Source: a virus (taxonomy: Duplodnaviria > Caudoviricetes). Taken from it: a stretch of DNA of 57,928 nt. Shown one piece after another: positions 26,257 to 36,358 of the stretch; the stretch's first letter is position 1; each line of letters starts with the position of its first letter. The position numbers and the translations under genes were made by a program. Under the pieces are notes generated by a model. The model ran no database searches. It worked only from the letters and a program-made list of their open reading frames with translations, and had not been told where the DNA came from. The stretch covers positions 1-57,928 of IMG/VR virus record IMGVR_UViG_3300045747_000102. One strand, 5' to 3'.

Positions 26257-27648
26257 TCAAATTCCGTACCGACCTCTAAGTGCATAAAAGTTCTGTTTGA
26301 CCTCGTCTGGAAGTAATGCTCGTGAGTAGATTGAGAACTGACCGAGTTTTCCCGAGTAAGTGGCAAAAGTACCAAGTCCTGCAGCCATGAAAGCATTCGT
26401 ATATCCTGCAGTAGTAAATGCAGTCTGTGTTGCATTGATACTTACTGAGCTATTAAGAACACCATTTAGATACACCAAGACTTTTGGTACACCAGATGTA
26501 GTAGAACCGAATCGGTCAAATACGACACAGACGTGATTCCACTGAGTATTCGTAAAGCCACCGACCCAGTTTATCTGACCTTCTAGATACGTGGGTCCAA
26601 TGAGGTAATAGATACCATCAGCACCGATACCGAATCTGAATCCATTGGCATCCGCAGTATTTGAGTAAAGCAGACCTTGACCTACAGCAGTAGGAGCATT
26701 CTTGACCCAAGTATTGAAAGTGAAAGAAGCCAGAGCTGGTATAGGTGAAGGGAAGACCAAACCGACCAACGCAGAAGTTCCATTCAGACCAACATTAGAA
26801 GAGAAGTCAAAACAATTTGCTGCTCCATCTACTATCACAGGTGGAAAGCGCCGGACAGCTACACCAGATGATAGTCCCATAAGATCGGTGATTGTTGAAC
26901 CACAATTGTTTTGAAGTTGAGCAATCGTAGGTTCTGTGCCGTCCTTTAGATCTACACGAGGTTGGAACATCTCTATTGCTGAGGTTGCGTCTGTGCCGTA
27001 ATAGAAGAATGCACGGTGACCCATTGCAGTTGCATTAGATGGAAACTTCACATCATTGGGAACATTGCCACCAAGAGTGGATAGTTTAGCCGTTGTAGAG
27101 TAAACACCAGATTCAGCATGTGCCGTAGTACCAGTCCATGTAGATGGGAATATGTGACCGACGTAAAGATACCACTGATTTAGGACTAGTCCACCAATAC
27201 CAACATAATGCCAATAAGGATTTGTTTGGGATGCACCAGTACCTAGATCAAATGTATCACCCGTTCCATTTGTGTGTAAACCGAAGTAAGATGTTCCGGT
27301 AGTGGTTGCTGATATTCTACGAACCCAGACAGAGAATCTATATAGTTTCGTAGGATCGGCAGGGATAGTTCCGCCACCTTGATCCCAACCACCGTCTGCA
27401 GTGTTTAGTCCATCAGTCATACATTTCCAAACCATGCTTGAATTTCCCCATGGGTCTGTATCAAGTAGTCTTGTGTTTTCTGCAACAATAGAAACCATAG
27501 GATAACCAGTTGTCCCACCTGTACCTGCTGTCCAATAGTCCCATCTAATGAGAGAACGATTGCCGACATTGGATTCAACAGAAGCCGGGTCAACACAGCA
27601 TATTACATCTGTACCCCAGACAGGATCTGCCCCAGTTGTTATACTCAT
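26257..27648 (-). CDS. LamG/ConA-like lectin-domain virion protein, paralogue 3
   Basis: W.HVCVV, VYLNG, IYSRALLPDEVKQNFYALRGRYGI. Confidence 0.8.
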   Translation of the reverse strand: MSITTGADPVWGTDVICCVDPASVESNVGNRSLIRWDYWTAGTGGTTGYPMVSIVAENTRLLDTDPWGNSSMVWKCMTDGLNTADGGWDQGGGTIPADPTKLYRFSVWVRRISATTTGTSYFGLHTNGTGDTFDLGTGASQTNPYWHYVGIGGLVLNQWYLYVGHIFPSTWTGTTAHAESGVYSTTAKLSTLGGNVPNDVKFPSNATAMGHRAFFYYGTDATSAIEMFQPRVDLKDGTEPTIAQLQNNCGSTITDLMGLSSGVAVRRFPPVIVDGAANCFDFSSNVGLNGTSALVGLVFPSPIPALASFTFNTWVKNAPTAVGQGLLYSNTADANGFRFGIGADGIYYLIGPTYLEGQINWVGGFTNTQWNHVCVVFDRFGSTTSGVPKVLVYLNGVLNSSVSINATQTAFTTAGYTNAFMAAGLGTFATYSGKLGQFSIYSRALLPDEVKQNFYALRGRYGI

Positions 27649-28829
27649 ATTCCGTACCTTCCGCGAAGAGCAGTGAAGTTCTGTAGCACTTCATCGGCAG
27701 ACAATGCTCTAGAATAGATTTTTGCTGCAGATATTTTTCCATTGTGGCCGGTACCAGTTTCTGCCTGTTTTCCAATCCGAACGGAATATCCGGAACCGGC
27801 TGGCATTAGACCGACCTTGGCCAGTGAAGAAACTTGTACTCCATTTGCATAAAGTCTCATATTGATACCATCGTATGTCCCAACGAGATTTATCCAGGTA
27901 TTCAGTGCAGGTGTGTAAGATGTTGTTGTATCTGACGCACCAATGGTATGAACAAGCCACTGTATAGATGTCACGTCTGGATTATAAAAAATCCACCTGT
28001 CTGCGGTATCACCCAACTGATGCCAATCTGAGAATACTCGATTGCCAGCAGTTATAGATGCAAAATAAATCCACATATCTACTGTGATGACCCCAGTAGG
28101 TTTGATAGAAGTATTAGAACCACAATCTATAAAATCTGAACCACCAAAAGAAAAAGTACCATCAGATGCATATGTGAGACTAGTGGCTGTGAGAGTATTA
28201 TTGCCTGTCAGATCAACGAGTGCTTGTGTATTAGTTCTGATACCAGCTACATATGGGCTCAAGTATAAATTCTGCTCAAACTGAATGTCATATGCATCAA
28301 ATGTCTGATTCAAGAATGTAGCATCTGGAGCTGCTAGTCCAAAGTTAGCATATGCTCCCAAAGTAGGGCTGGTTGCATAGTTGAAATTTTCCGTGAGTTG
28401 GTACCAATCATTTCCAATTGCCACAGCTGATGTTGAATGCGTGGTGAATGTATTATTTGTTCCTTCTGGGTTACCCTTCGATGCATCAATGTACCATGCC
28501 GCCGCAGCACCAGGACCGTTGTACTTGATCTTACATGAGTAAGTATAGTTCACACCCGTAACCAAGCCGGTGCAATTTATTCTTGCTCGCGGAGTTGTGC
28601 CGGAAGCTGTTGTGATGGTGTATCTATTTACAGTTCTGGGTTGTCCAGCAGCATCAAGAGCAGTAACAGAGACTGGACCGGTACATGCAGTGTACACCGT
28701 TGAGACAAATGGTACAGTAGCAATTAGATTAGTCGTTGGAGCACCTTTCCAAGACTTCTGAGTATTGGACATATCCGTGTAAAGCACCAGACCGTTAGTA
28801 ACTATAGAGGGAGAATGAATTAAACTCAT
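27645..28829 (-). CDS. LamG/ConA-like lectin-domain virion protein, paralogue 2
   Basis: PSIVTNGLVLYTDM..., W.NLVGTYDG..MRLYANG, IYSRALSADEVLQNFTALRGRYGI. Confidence 0.85.
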   Translation of the reverse strand: MSLIHSPSIVTNGLVLYTDMSNTQKSWKGAPTTNLIATVPFVSTVYTACTGPVSVTALDAAGQPRTVNRYTITTASGTTPRARINCTGLVTGVNYTYSCKIKYNGPGAAAAWYIDASKGNPEGTNNTFTTHSTSAVAIGNDWYQLTENFNYATSPTLGAYANFGLAAPDATFLNQTFDAYDIQFEQNLYLSPYVAGIRTNTQALVDLTGNNTLTATSLTYASDGTFSFGGSDFIDCGSNTSIKPTGVITVDMWIYFASITAGNRVFSDWHQLGDTADRWIFYNPDVTSIQWLVHTIGASDTTTSYTPALNTWINLVGTYDGINMRLYANGVQVSSLAKVGLMPAGSGYSVRIGKQAETGTGHNGKISAAKIYSRALSADEVLQNFTALRGRYGI

Positions 28830-30526
28830 AGTCCGAATCTCCCACGGGTTGCCGCAAAATTCTGTGTTACTTCCAATGCCGATAATGCTCTATTGTAAAC
28901 TCGTGTAATAGCAATAGAACCATTGAAAGGATAAGAAGATGCAATCGTTGCAGCAGAGCCACCATAACGACCGATGTACTGATTAGTTTGTCCTGTATTC
29001 ATTAAGCCCGTGACTGCATTTTGTGCCACCAATTTGCCGTTAACATAGATTGTCTTCAATCCAGATCCCACAGTTGTTACTAGCTGATTCCAGACACCAG
29101 CAGTGACATATGTCGCAGTAACAATAGAAGAATCTTGTGGTGTCAGACCTATAGTTCTAAAGTAGAAATTGCCCGAGACATCTAGAAAATTAGAATACTG
29201 AGTATTCACCTGACCCTTTTCAAATAAGAATCCAGACTGCAGTGTTAGAGTAGGTTTGAACCAAGTTTCCATTGTGACTGACTGAGTATCAAATGCGGTC
29301 GAAGTTGGCCATTCTACCCAATTTGATGATCCATTGTAAGAGTAAGTACCATCTGATGCATAAGTTAATGCCCCAGCTCGGGTAGGAATATTTGTGTTAG
29401 TCATATCAACTAAGCACTGCTCTGTAGTTCTGAATCCGGATGCTTGGAATGGACTTACATTAGGTGAGGCTTCTATCTGTGAGCAAGCAAGGTCCCAAGA
29501 GGATGCGGCATAAGCTGCAATACCACCGGCAATTTCTCGGTTGATGTTATACTCCATGGCCGATGCAACTGAAGTACAAGTAACCGTGAAGAATACTCGA
29601 ACCCAGCCGTTGTCATGGTATTGGACACCAGAATTGGTAATCGTTCCGATAGCAGTTAAAGCAACTGATGTAGCAGAAGTCCAGGTGATTGTGACTCCGT
29701 TATACCCAGAAGGTGCTCCGTATACATAACTTGTGAAGTTAATTTTCGTATCACCAGAGACCCATTTGAAAAATGTCGAGCATGTATACGGCATACCAAC
29801 TGTGGGTATGTAAGTCCGAGTGTATGCCTGAGCACCAGCACCAACACCAGAATTGATATATCTATCGGCAGTAGTAAATCCAAAAGGATCCACACCAACA
29901 TCGGTAGTCGTAGTTACATAGGTAGAAACACCCCAAGAATTGACTGAGGTTGGATAAGGGTGTAAATTTACGGTATTTGTTCCAGCAAATGGAGTGGCAA
30001 AAGCAGACTGCTCTACTTGTACATTTGCTATAAGGACATACCCAGCAGTTGAGGCAGATAACATGTAAGCTAGAACACGAGCATTAGTTGTACCTGCAGC
30101 TACATGGCCGTTATACACCAACCGTTGCCAAGTTCCTTTTTTAGTCAGATCGTAGTAGATACCAGATCCGGCCGCTGCCTGTTCATTGTACATAGCAACA
30201 GCAGTACCGGTATAATCAGGAGAGACATATATTTCCATCTGATATGAATACTGAGTACCAATGACAACGGTTATATCACGGCCGTGGTACCGATTGCCTA
30301 AGGTATATGCATCAAAGCGGAAACAAGTTTTACTTGGGTCTCGTGGATCTGTGACCCATGTACCGCCGGCAGAGCCATTTACTGGGTGGTAAGTTCTAGA
30401 GGCAAAGTCACCGTCTGCATACATGTTTTGCACGGGTTTACCCAAGAAAGATTTCTTACTGTTACCCATGTCGTGGTGTAGCACCAGACCGTTGGTAACT
30501 ATTTGTGGGTTATATGAAGTGCTCAT
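28826..30526 (-). CDS. LamG/ConA-like lectin-domain virion protein, paralogue 1
   Basis: PQIVTNGLVLHHDM..., NGWVRV carbohydrate-binding-like insert, YNRALSALEVTQNFAATRGRFGL. Confidence 0.85.
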   Translation of the reverse strand: MSTSYNPQIVTNGLVLHHDMGNSKKSFLGKPVQNMYADGDFASRTYHPVNGSAGGTWVTDPRDPSKTCFRFDAYTLGNRYHGRDITVVIGTQYSYQMEIYVSPDYTGTAVAMYNEQAAAGSGIYYDLTKKGTWQRLVYNGHVAAGTTNARVLAYMLSASTAGYVLIANVQVEQSAFATPFAGTNTVNLHPYPTSVNSWGVSTYVTTTTDVGVDPFGFTTADRYINSGVGAGAQAYTRTYIPTVGMPYTCSTFFKWVSGDTKINFTSYVYGAPSGYNGVTITWTSATSVALTAIGTITNSGVQYHDNGWVRVFFTVTCTSVASAMEYNINREIAGGIAAYAASSWDLACSQIEASPNVSPFQASGFRTTEQCLVDMTNTNIPTRAGALTYASDGTYSYNGSSNWVEWPTSTAFDTQSVTMETWFKPTLTLQSGFLFEKGQVNTQYSNFLDVSGNFYFRTIGLTPQDSSIVTATYVTAGVWNQLVTTVGSGLKTIYVNGKLVAQNAVTGLMNTGQTNQYIGRYGGSAATIASSYPFNGSIAITRVYNRALSALEVTQNFAATRGRFGL

Positions 30527-32988
30527 TCTTCTATAACCAGTTTATCTATATCTTGTCTCGTTCCGTTAACTGTGAAGAAGCAATCTATGGAGCCGAAGAG
30601 GTTTTCATTTCCAATGATCACGGTGTTATTCTGAATAGACTCGACATAGAGTTTTTGATGCTTACCTATAGGTGTAAGCTGTACGGTAATAGAATCTGGT
30701 TCAACCAGAGCAGTCCAATAGTCAGGAAGTTCAATGACTTCACCTTTTAGACGGCCGCGGACATAGACTCCATGTTCAGGACCTTCCAAAGATCCATATC
30801 GAAGTTTCAGGCCGACTTTAGTTGGGTGTGGGATCAAGAACGACTTAGATGCAGCAGAGAATGCACCGGCAATAGTCATATTACCTGATGTGGTATTGAT
30901 AGCTGCAACTGGTGCGACACCAAATTGGCCGAATGTTATACCGCGGCCTGCTCCATTACCCATGCTCAATTTCATGGAGTAATCTGTAACTGGACCGTAT
31001 ACATAATCGGCGGCAGAACCCATCAAGATACTATAAGCACCAGTTGAATCCCAGAATTTATATCCGTTACCTACCGATGCAGGAGTATAGATAGAACCAG
31101 TAGTTGCATTACCACGAGCAGTAACAGTGGCTAATGTATCTGCTTCGGCTGTAAGATATGAACCAGCAGGCTGGGCGCCAATCGAGTTGTAAGAAATTGT
31201 TACAGCAGCAGAGCCAGTATAGGTAGAACCAGAAGCTGCACCAGTACCAGAATTGTTGAATGTTACGGCACTTGGATTTGGTAGAGTAGATGGAATATCT
31301 ACCGTCATTGCTACTGTGCCGTCTTTGTCGGGCAAAGTCCAAGTTCTAGAAGCAGTAGACGCGTTTGTGAAGTAATTTGTGAATGTATTTGCAGCATTCT
31401 TCAAATTCAGCTTATACAGAGTAAGTCCCGGGACCCCACCAGTTGCATCAATGGAAGTTATAGCAATCTTCTCTGCATCTACTTCTGTAAGAGCAGCTTG
31501 TACATCAGTCGCCACAATATTGCCAGTTGGAACATAGCTGATAGCTGTGGCTGGGTGAGAATTTGGATCTGTCAGACCAGCCAATGCTCCGTGATTTGCC
31601 TGAGCAAGAGCTGTGATAGATGCTTTGGAGCCAATAATCTTTGTAACAGATTCAATACGGCACCGAGCTGTACCAGCAAATGCAGTACCAAATCTGTACA
31701 CTATTTGATACAACGGTACGATTTCTTGGAAAGGCATTGTACCCCAAGAAAGCGAGTTTACTGATACTGCTTGAGCAACGGCAAGAGTGCCAAAGACTGC
31801 TTGGTGAGGTACCAAAATAATCTGTGTTGCAGCTGTAATAGATGGAACACCAAAGACCCAGTACACACCATAGTTGTTAACTGTATCTAGCACTGTCATC
31901 TGCCATGTAGCACCTGTGTACTGATTGTACATTGGAGTCGAGGCAGAATAGATAAGAGGAAGCGTCTGAGTAGAAATTGTCCAATCACCTGCAGCACCAG
32001 TTCTATTCATACAAGTATAGACTGTGCCACCTGGAGCTAGAGCTGTAGTTGTAGTAAATAGGTCTTCATCTGCCATGACACCAGATGCAATACCAAAGCG
32101 AATGTTTGCATCTGAAGGTGTTGCTAGAACATAACCAGAAGCAGCAAAGCCGGAAATTTGTTGAGTACCATCAGCTGCATGAAGCCGTGCATGAATCCAT
32201 ACATCGGTCTCTGCATGGTGGTGTTCTTTCATACAGATGCCGGTAGCAGTAGCCGCATCATAGAAAACATAAGCTACCGGAGCTGTGTAGTCAAGATTCC
32301 AAACCGTCTGTGATGCAACTAAAGTACCAGTCGCGTCATAATAGATAAACCAACCACCCTGAGTTGCTGGGTGAGCCAATGCTTGAGCACCGGTTTTGGT
32401 GTACTTAACTCCATGGACAAAGAAGTCGAAAGTGCCACCAGTAGGTGTGATTGTGACAGTCCGTGTCGCAGAAACATAACCCAGAGAAACATAGAATGCC
32501 TGAGCCGAATCTACTGGGAAACCAGACATCGGGCATTTGCCGGCCACAGTGGCAATTGATGGATAATCCGTATCTGCTACTGCCGCTCCAACTAAACCTG
32601 ATGTAGCTTTAAGGACACCATTCAGAGAAGATGATAGAGTTGTTGCTCCATTTACAGTAAGATTTGCTACTGCCGCGGTAGCAACTAGGCCTAGACCGAT
32701 CTTTCGAGTACCAGCAGCCCACGAAACTGCTGCATTAGCATTTGAAGATGCGTAGATAGTCGTCCGAGTAAGAATATTACCGGTGCCCCAAGTGCCAAGC
32801 CCCGTTTCCCAACCCCCTAGAGGTCGGCCGGAGGCGTCTATATCCTCTGCATAATATGTAAATGTGTCTCCATTTGCGGCGACCGTAGACGCCGCTCTAT
32901 AGCCCGTAGTTGCACCCAGAAGAGTAAATGCTCCTGTACCTGTAGTAGTACTCGTTTCTTGAACTCTATCTGCAACAATTAATGCCAT
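30523..32988 (-). CDS. Tail fibre protein
   Basis: N-terminal ADRVQETSTTTGTG..TL.GA, ATDVQAAL.E, C-terminal KSFLIPHP...LRYGSLEGPEHGVYVRG..LPDYW..LV domain. Confidence 0.8.
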   Translation of the reverse strand: MALIVADRVQETSTTTGTGAFTLLGATTGYRAASTVAANGDTFTYYAEDIDASGRPLGGWETGLGTWGTGNILTRTTIYASSNANAAVSWAAGTRKIGLGLVATAAVANLTVNGATTLSSSLNGVLKATSGLVGAAVADTDYPSIATVAGKCPMSGFPVDSAQAFYVSLGYVSATRTVTITPTGGTFDFFVHGVKYTKTGAQALAHPATQGGWFIYYDATGTLVASQTVWNLDYTAPVAYVFYDAATATGICMKEHHHAETDVWIHARLHAADGTQQISGFAASGYVLATPSDANIRFGIASGVMADEDLFTTTTALAPGGTVYTCMNRTGAAGDWTISTQTLPLIYSASTPMYNQYTGATWQMTVLDTVNNYGVYWVFGVPSITAATQIILVPHQAVFGTLAVAQAVSVNSLSWGTMPFQEIVPLYQIVYRFGTAFAGTARCRIESVTKIIGSKASITALAQANHGALAGLTDPNSHPATAISYVPTGNIVATDVQAALTEVDAEKIAITSIDATGGVPGLTLYKLNLKNAANTFTNYFTNASTASRTWTLPDKDGTVAMTVDIPSTLPNPSAVTFNNSGTGAASGSTYTGSAAVTISYNSIGAQPAGSYLTAEADTLATVTARGNATTGSIYTPASVGNGYKFWDSTGAYSILMGSAADYVYGPVTDYSMKLSMGNGAGRGITFGQFGVAPVAAINTTSGNMTIAGAFSAASKSFLIPHPTKVGLKLRYGSLEGPEHGVYVRGRLKGEVIELPDYWTALVEPDSITVQLTPIGKHQKLYVESIQNNTVIIGNENLFGSIDCFFTVNGTRQDIDKLVIEE

Positions 32989-33308
32989 TATGGGGTCTCA
33001 GGTTTCTTTGATTCTAAATATTTATTGAACGCATTAGCACCAGCCCAAGCTAGCATATAACCGGAGAATAGGAATTCGGTGAGCAGTCCATGACGCGTCT
33101 GATAGATGATGATCCATGTCGACACGAGAAGGGAAAGTAGTTGTCCGAACTTAGATAACGAAAAAGTTCCATCTGCATTTGTGACGATCTGTGATGCATC
33201 AAATGTAGAATCTTTGATATGCCAAATTGCAAGGATAACAACCACGGCAAATCCGGCTAGGATAAGAATGATCGTTTCTATATTTAAGTTTAAATCTGCT
33301 AAGTTCAT
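32988..33308 (-). CDS. Membrane protein (about 3 TM), possible holin
   Basis: Three hydrophobic segments, S.SK motif, basic C-terminus. Confidence 0.55.
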   Translation of the reverse strand: MNLADLNLNIETIILILAGFAVVVILAIWHIKDSTFDASQIVTNADGTFSLSKFGQLLSLLVSTWIIIYQTRHGLLTEFLFSGYMLAWAGANAFNKYLESKKPETP

Positions 33309-34159
33309 TTTGTCCCCATGAAGAATGGAATTGAAAGAATCACTTTATGAATCCAACCACCAATGGTGGTTTTATTCGTCATGGTCGAAACTGGTGCTGT
33401 CCATACGGCATCTGCATTTTGAGCTGCAGTTGGTATGGTCATTGAATCTATGATTGCTTTAATCTGTGCCAACTTAACTGAGTTAGCATCCATCTCAGTT
33501 CTGATATCTACAGGTAGAGTTGCAATAGTTCCCTGTAAAGTTGCCAGAGTACCTTCTACGGTATCGGTTTGAGTTTTTGCCAGAGTAGCATCTAGACCTG
33601 CATCTTTAAGAATCTTGCCAGCTGTATTTGCCGTGGTGTAAGTAGATAGATCCGTGTTCCATGGGTTAGCTGCTGCACCTACAGAGTCAAGTTTCTGGCC
33701 TGCAGTACCGACTCCATATGCCCCAAGATTGTTTGCAGACCAAACTGCATCTGCAACTTGAGCTACTGTGCCAATCCCACCACCAGTATTTGTAGTAATA
33801 GTAACGGCTTGCACTGGCTGAGAATAATTTATTCTGACGACAAAATTTCCAACTGTGTCAACAAATGGATCTCCACCACCCGCCACCAGAATAACACCAC
33901 CAGTTACGGAAAGAGTGTGGTTTGTTTCTTGTGGTCTAATTCTCCAACCATTCTGAAGAAAAGCATATGTAGGTACTGAAGTTCCGGCAGTTGCATCAAT
34001 AGGATCTCCACCCACAGTAGAAAACATAGGTAGATACTTTGAATTGTCTCCAGTCAGAAGCCAATCCACCCATCTGCTATATAGATCTAGAACAGATAAA
34101 GTTGTTGTCCCTGTCGAGAGTATGGCGAGCTTGTTTACGCCATCAAATGTTATTGCCAC
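33305..34159 (-). CDS. Putative virion structural protein (GTG start)
   Basis: N-domain DLYSRWVDW..GGDP..FL.NGWRIRP; ADAVW repeats. Confidence 0.65.
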   Translation of the reverse strand: MAITFDGVNKLAILSTGTTTLSVLDLYSRWVDWLLTGDNSKYLPMFSTVGGDPIDATAGTSVPTYAFLQNGWRIRPQETNHTLSVTGGVILVAGGGDPFVDTVGNFVVRINYSQPVQAVTITTNTGGGIGTVAQVADAVWSANNLGAYGVGTAGQKLDSVGAAANPWNTDLSTYTTANTAGKILKDAGLDATLAKTQTDTVEGTLATLQGTIATLPVDIRTEMDANSVKLAQIKAIIDSMTIPTAAQNADAVWTAPVSTMTNKTTIGGWIHKVILSIPFFMGTK

Positions 34160-34186
34160 GGATAATCATACCTCAGTTATTTTTAA

Positions 34187-34194
34187 TATTTAAT
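34187..34194 (-). promoter_or_regulatory. Late promoter ATTAAATA
   Basis: 28 nt upstream of GTG 34159. Confidence 0.65.
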
Positions 34195-34205
34195 GACGCA
34201 AACTA

Positions 34206-34236
34206 AAGGAGGCGCTAACCAAAGGCGCGCCTCCTT
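34206..34236 (-). terminator. Intrinsic terminator / stabilising hairpin after 620-aa gene
   Basis: AAGGAGGCGC / GCGCCTCCTT 10-bp inverted repeat. Confidence 0.7.
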
Positions 34237-34252
34237 ACTAGGTCAAATTATA

Positions 34253-36115
34253 TTAGACGTATGAACGTTCGGTTTCACCGGTAGCAGATAGAGAAATTGC
34301 CTTGGAAGCGGTAAGAGTACCAGTCACAACCACAGGCTTAGATTTACCCGGATTACCAAGCACCAAGGTCACTGCAGCATCAGTACCACCTGTACGACCA
34401 CCTTGCACGTTGCCGGTGTAATCATAAGTGAATGCAATCGAACCAGATGTAATTGTACCAGCAATTGGTGATCCAGCAGCATTATTCACAGTAACAGCCG
34501 TTGCAGTACCGTAGTTACCTGCTGGGTTAGTTGTGAAATACATGCGGTAGTAACCAGTGGATGCAGATGTGAGGTTAGCATTTGAAGAAATGATACCAGC
34601 AGAAGCATATGGATAGTCGCGGGTGGCGGCCGTGTTGTCATATGAGGTGAAGGTGTTGACATCAGAAGATGCATAACCCATCAAAGTCACACCAGTTCCA
34701 CCACCATTTGCATTGGCAGGAGCATAGAAACCAGCTTTAAGAGCAGAACCCACGAAGTTTAGTGTCTGAGAAGCAGTCTTACCAACGATGGCACCAGCAG
34801 AAGCAAGTCCGTTGATGTTTGAGTTTTGACGAAGAAGGTATTGAACCTTAGTGTAAATTTGCTGAAGTGAAGCTGGGATTGGAGCAGCACGTTGAAGTGT
34901 GAACGAAGCACCAGAAGCAATACCAAGCAGACCAGTAGTAATTGGCACAGAAGATGCAGAGCCGCCAGTACCAGAGATTGTGTACACACCCTTAGCTGCG
35001 CCGTTATGAATAGTAAGAGTACCACCGTAGTAATCAGCAATTGTAATACCTGCAGCAGTTGTGGTCATTGTAACTGCTGCATTAGCACCAGCACCATCTA
35101 CACCAGAGTAAGTACCAGCATCAATTACAATACCAAATGCACGAGGTGTACCTGTTGTATCAATGTCTCTGTTAAAAGCAGTTGGGAAGTACTTGACATT
35201 GATCATCGAATAGATAGATCCTGCATTACCACCGGAAGTATAAACACCTGGGTTAGCAGTGATAGCTACAACGAATGTATTGGTAGCAGCAGAAGAAACG
35301 GTATAGACACCGTTATAACCAGTAGGCACAACACCTGTGATGTTAACAATGTCACCTGCTACATAACCATGTGAGGTTGATGTAAATGTTGTAGTTGTAG
35401 CATTAGTCCAAACTGCTGTGGTAATTGCCTTTGCACCAGCAACAAATGTGTCATCCTTAAGAATGTCCAAATCTGTTTCATTTGAAAGCAGCACGTTAAC
35501 AATGTTAGCGCCTGTACCAGTCTTACCAGTATCAGCCAACACAGAGTCTTTGTACTTTTTACCGTATTCGCGGACATAACCTTTGAAGAATGTCTGTGTG
35601 TTGAATGTCGTTGTAGCGGCATCAGCAGCAATATCACCATAAACCTGAACACCCTGGTTAGCAGCATCTGTATACAAGAAGTTTGTAGCTGCACCAGTTG
35701 ACGTAGTTTGATAGTACAACTGAGAACCAGCAGAAACAGTACCCAGAGAAATAATACCTGCATATGTACGAGCAAGCGTACCTGCAGAGTTGTATTCTGA
35801 CCAGCCGCCGTCTCTCATGTAACCACGTGAAGCATTAGAATCTATTACCGAGAATTTCCAACCGTTATATGTTGAACCGTCGGTACCCATAAGGAACTGT
35901 CCAGACAACACGTCCAAAGCGTAGAATGGGAATGGGAAATCATTATATGTGGCAGTGGTCCAAAGATCGACGAACTTTGAATATAGGGCCTGCCAAGATA
36001 CACCGTCTTTAGCAACAAGATTACCTGCTACGTTAAGTGTGATGATCTTATTTGTTGTGTCTACTGTAAGTTCTGTACCTACAACTAGACCAGCTTTTGT
36101 CGTAATTTTTGCCAT
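34253..36115 (-). CDS. Putative major virion fibre/structural protein
   Basis: 620 aa, T/G/A-rich; DGVSWQALYSKFVDLW N-domain; one HG...GD.V.I.G....YNG barrel; own late promoter and downstream hairpin. Confidence 0.7.
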   Translation of the reverse strand: MAKITTKAGLVVGTELTVDTTNKIITLNVAGNLVAKDGVSWQALYSKFVDLWTTATYNDFPFPFYALDVLSGQFLMGTDGSTYNGWKFSVIDSNASRGYMRDGGWSEYNSAGTLARTYAGIISLGTVSAGSQLYYQTTSTGAATNFLYTDAANQGVQVYGDIAADAATTTFNTQTFFKGYVREYGKKYKDSVLADTGKTGTGANIVNVLLSNETDLDILKDDTFVAGAKAITTAVWTNATTTTFTSTSHGYVAGDIVNITGVVPTGYNGVYTVSSAATNTFVVAITANPGVYTSGGNAGSIYSMINVKYFPTAFNRDIDTTGTPRAFGIVIDAGTYSGVDGAGANAAVTMTTTAAGITIADYYGGTLTIHNGAAKGVYTISGTGGSASSVPITTGLLGIASGASFTLQRAAPIPASLQQIYTKVQYLLRQNSNINGLASAGAIVGKTASQTLNFVGSALKAGFYAPANANGGGTGVTLMGYASSDVNTFTSYDNTAATRDYPYASAGIISSNANLTSASTGYYRMYFTTNPAGNYGTATAVTVNNAAGSPIAGTITSGSIAFTYDYTGNVQGGRTGGTDAAVTLVLGNPGKSKPVVVTGTLTASKAISLSATGETERSYV

Positions 36116-36136
36116 GAGTTAATGCCCCTTTATTTC

Positions 36137-36358
36137 TTATTGATTATTTAATGCTGCAATGAGAGCCGAATTGTCTTTGTATTCTTGTACATCTATTGAG
36201 TAGTTCGAATTGAAGTACCGTTTGATCTGTCCGCCTACCTGGATTGGATCCCCAGATGGCATAAACTCTGTGTTGTCATCTAACATAGTTGGGAAAACAT
36301 CTTGGATAATCTTTCCAAGAAATTGTCCATCAGTTGATGAAATGATTTGAACTTTCAT
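36137..36358 (-). CDS. Hypothetical protein
   Basis: 73 aa; ATG overlaps upstream TAA. Confidence 0.6.
   Translation of the reverse strand: MKVQIISSTDGQFLGKIIQDVFPTMLDDNTEFMPSGDPIQVGGQIKRYFNSNYSIDVQEYKDNSALIAALNNQ
36145..36152 (-). promoter_or_regulatory. Late promoter ATTAAATA
   Basis: 30 nt upstream of ATG 36115. Confidence 0.6.

Noticed and set aside
22334-32988. Diversity-generating retroelement acting on fibres or LamG genes
   Set aside because: No reverse transcriptase, and no TR/VR pair differing only at adenines was seen; paralogue similarity is ordinary divergence.
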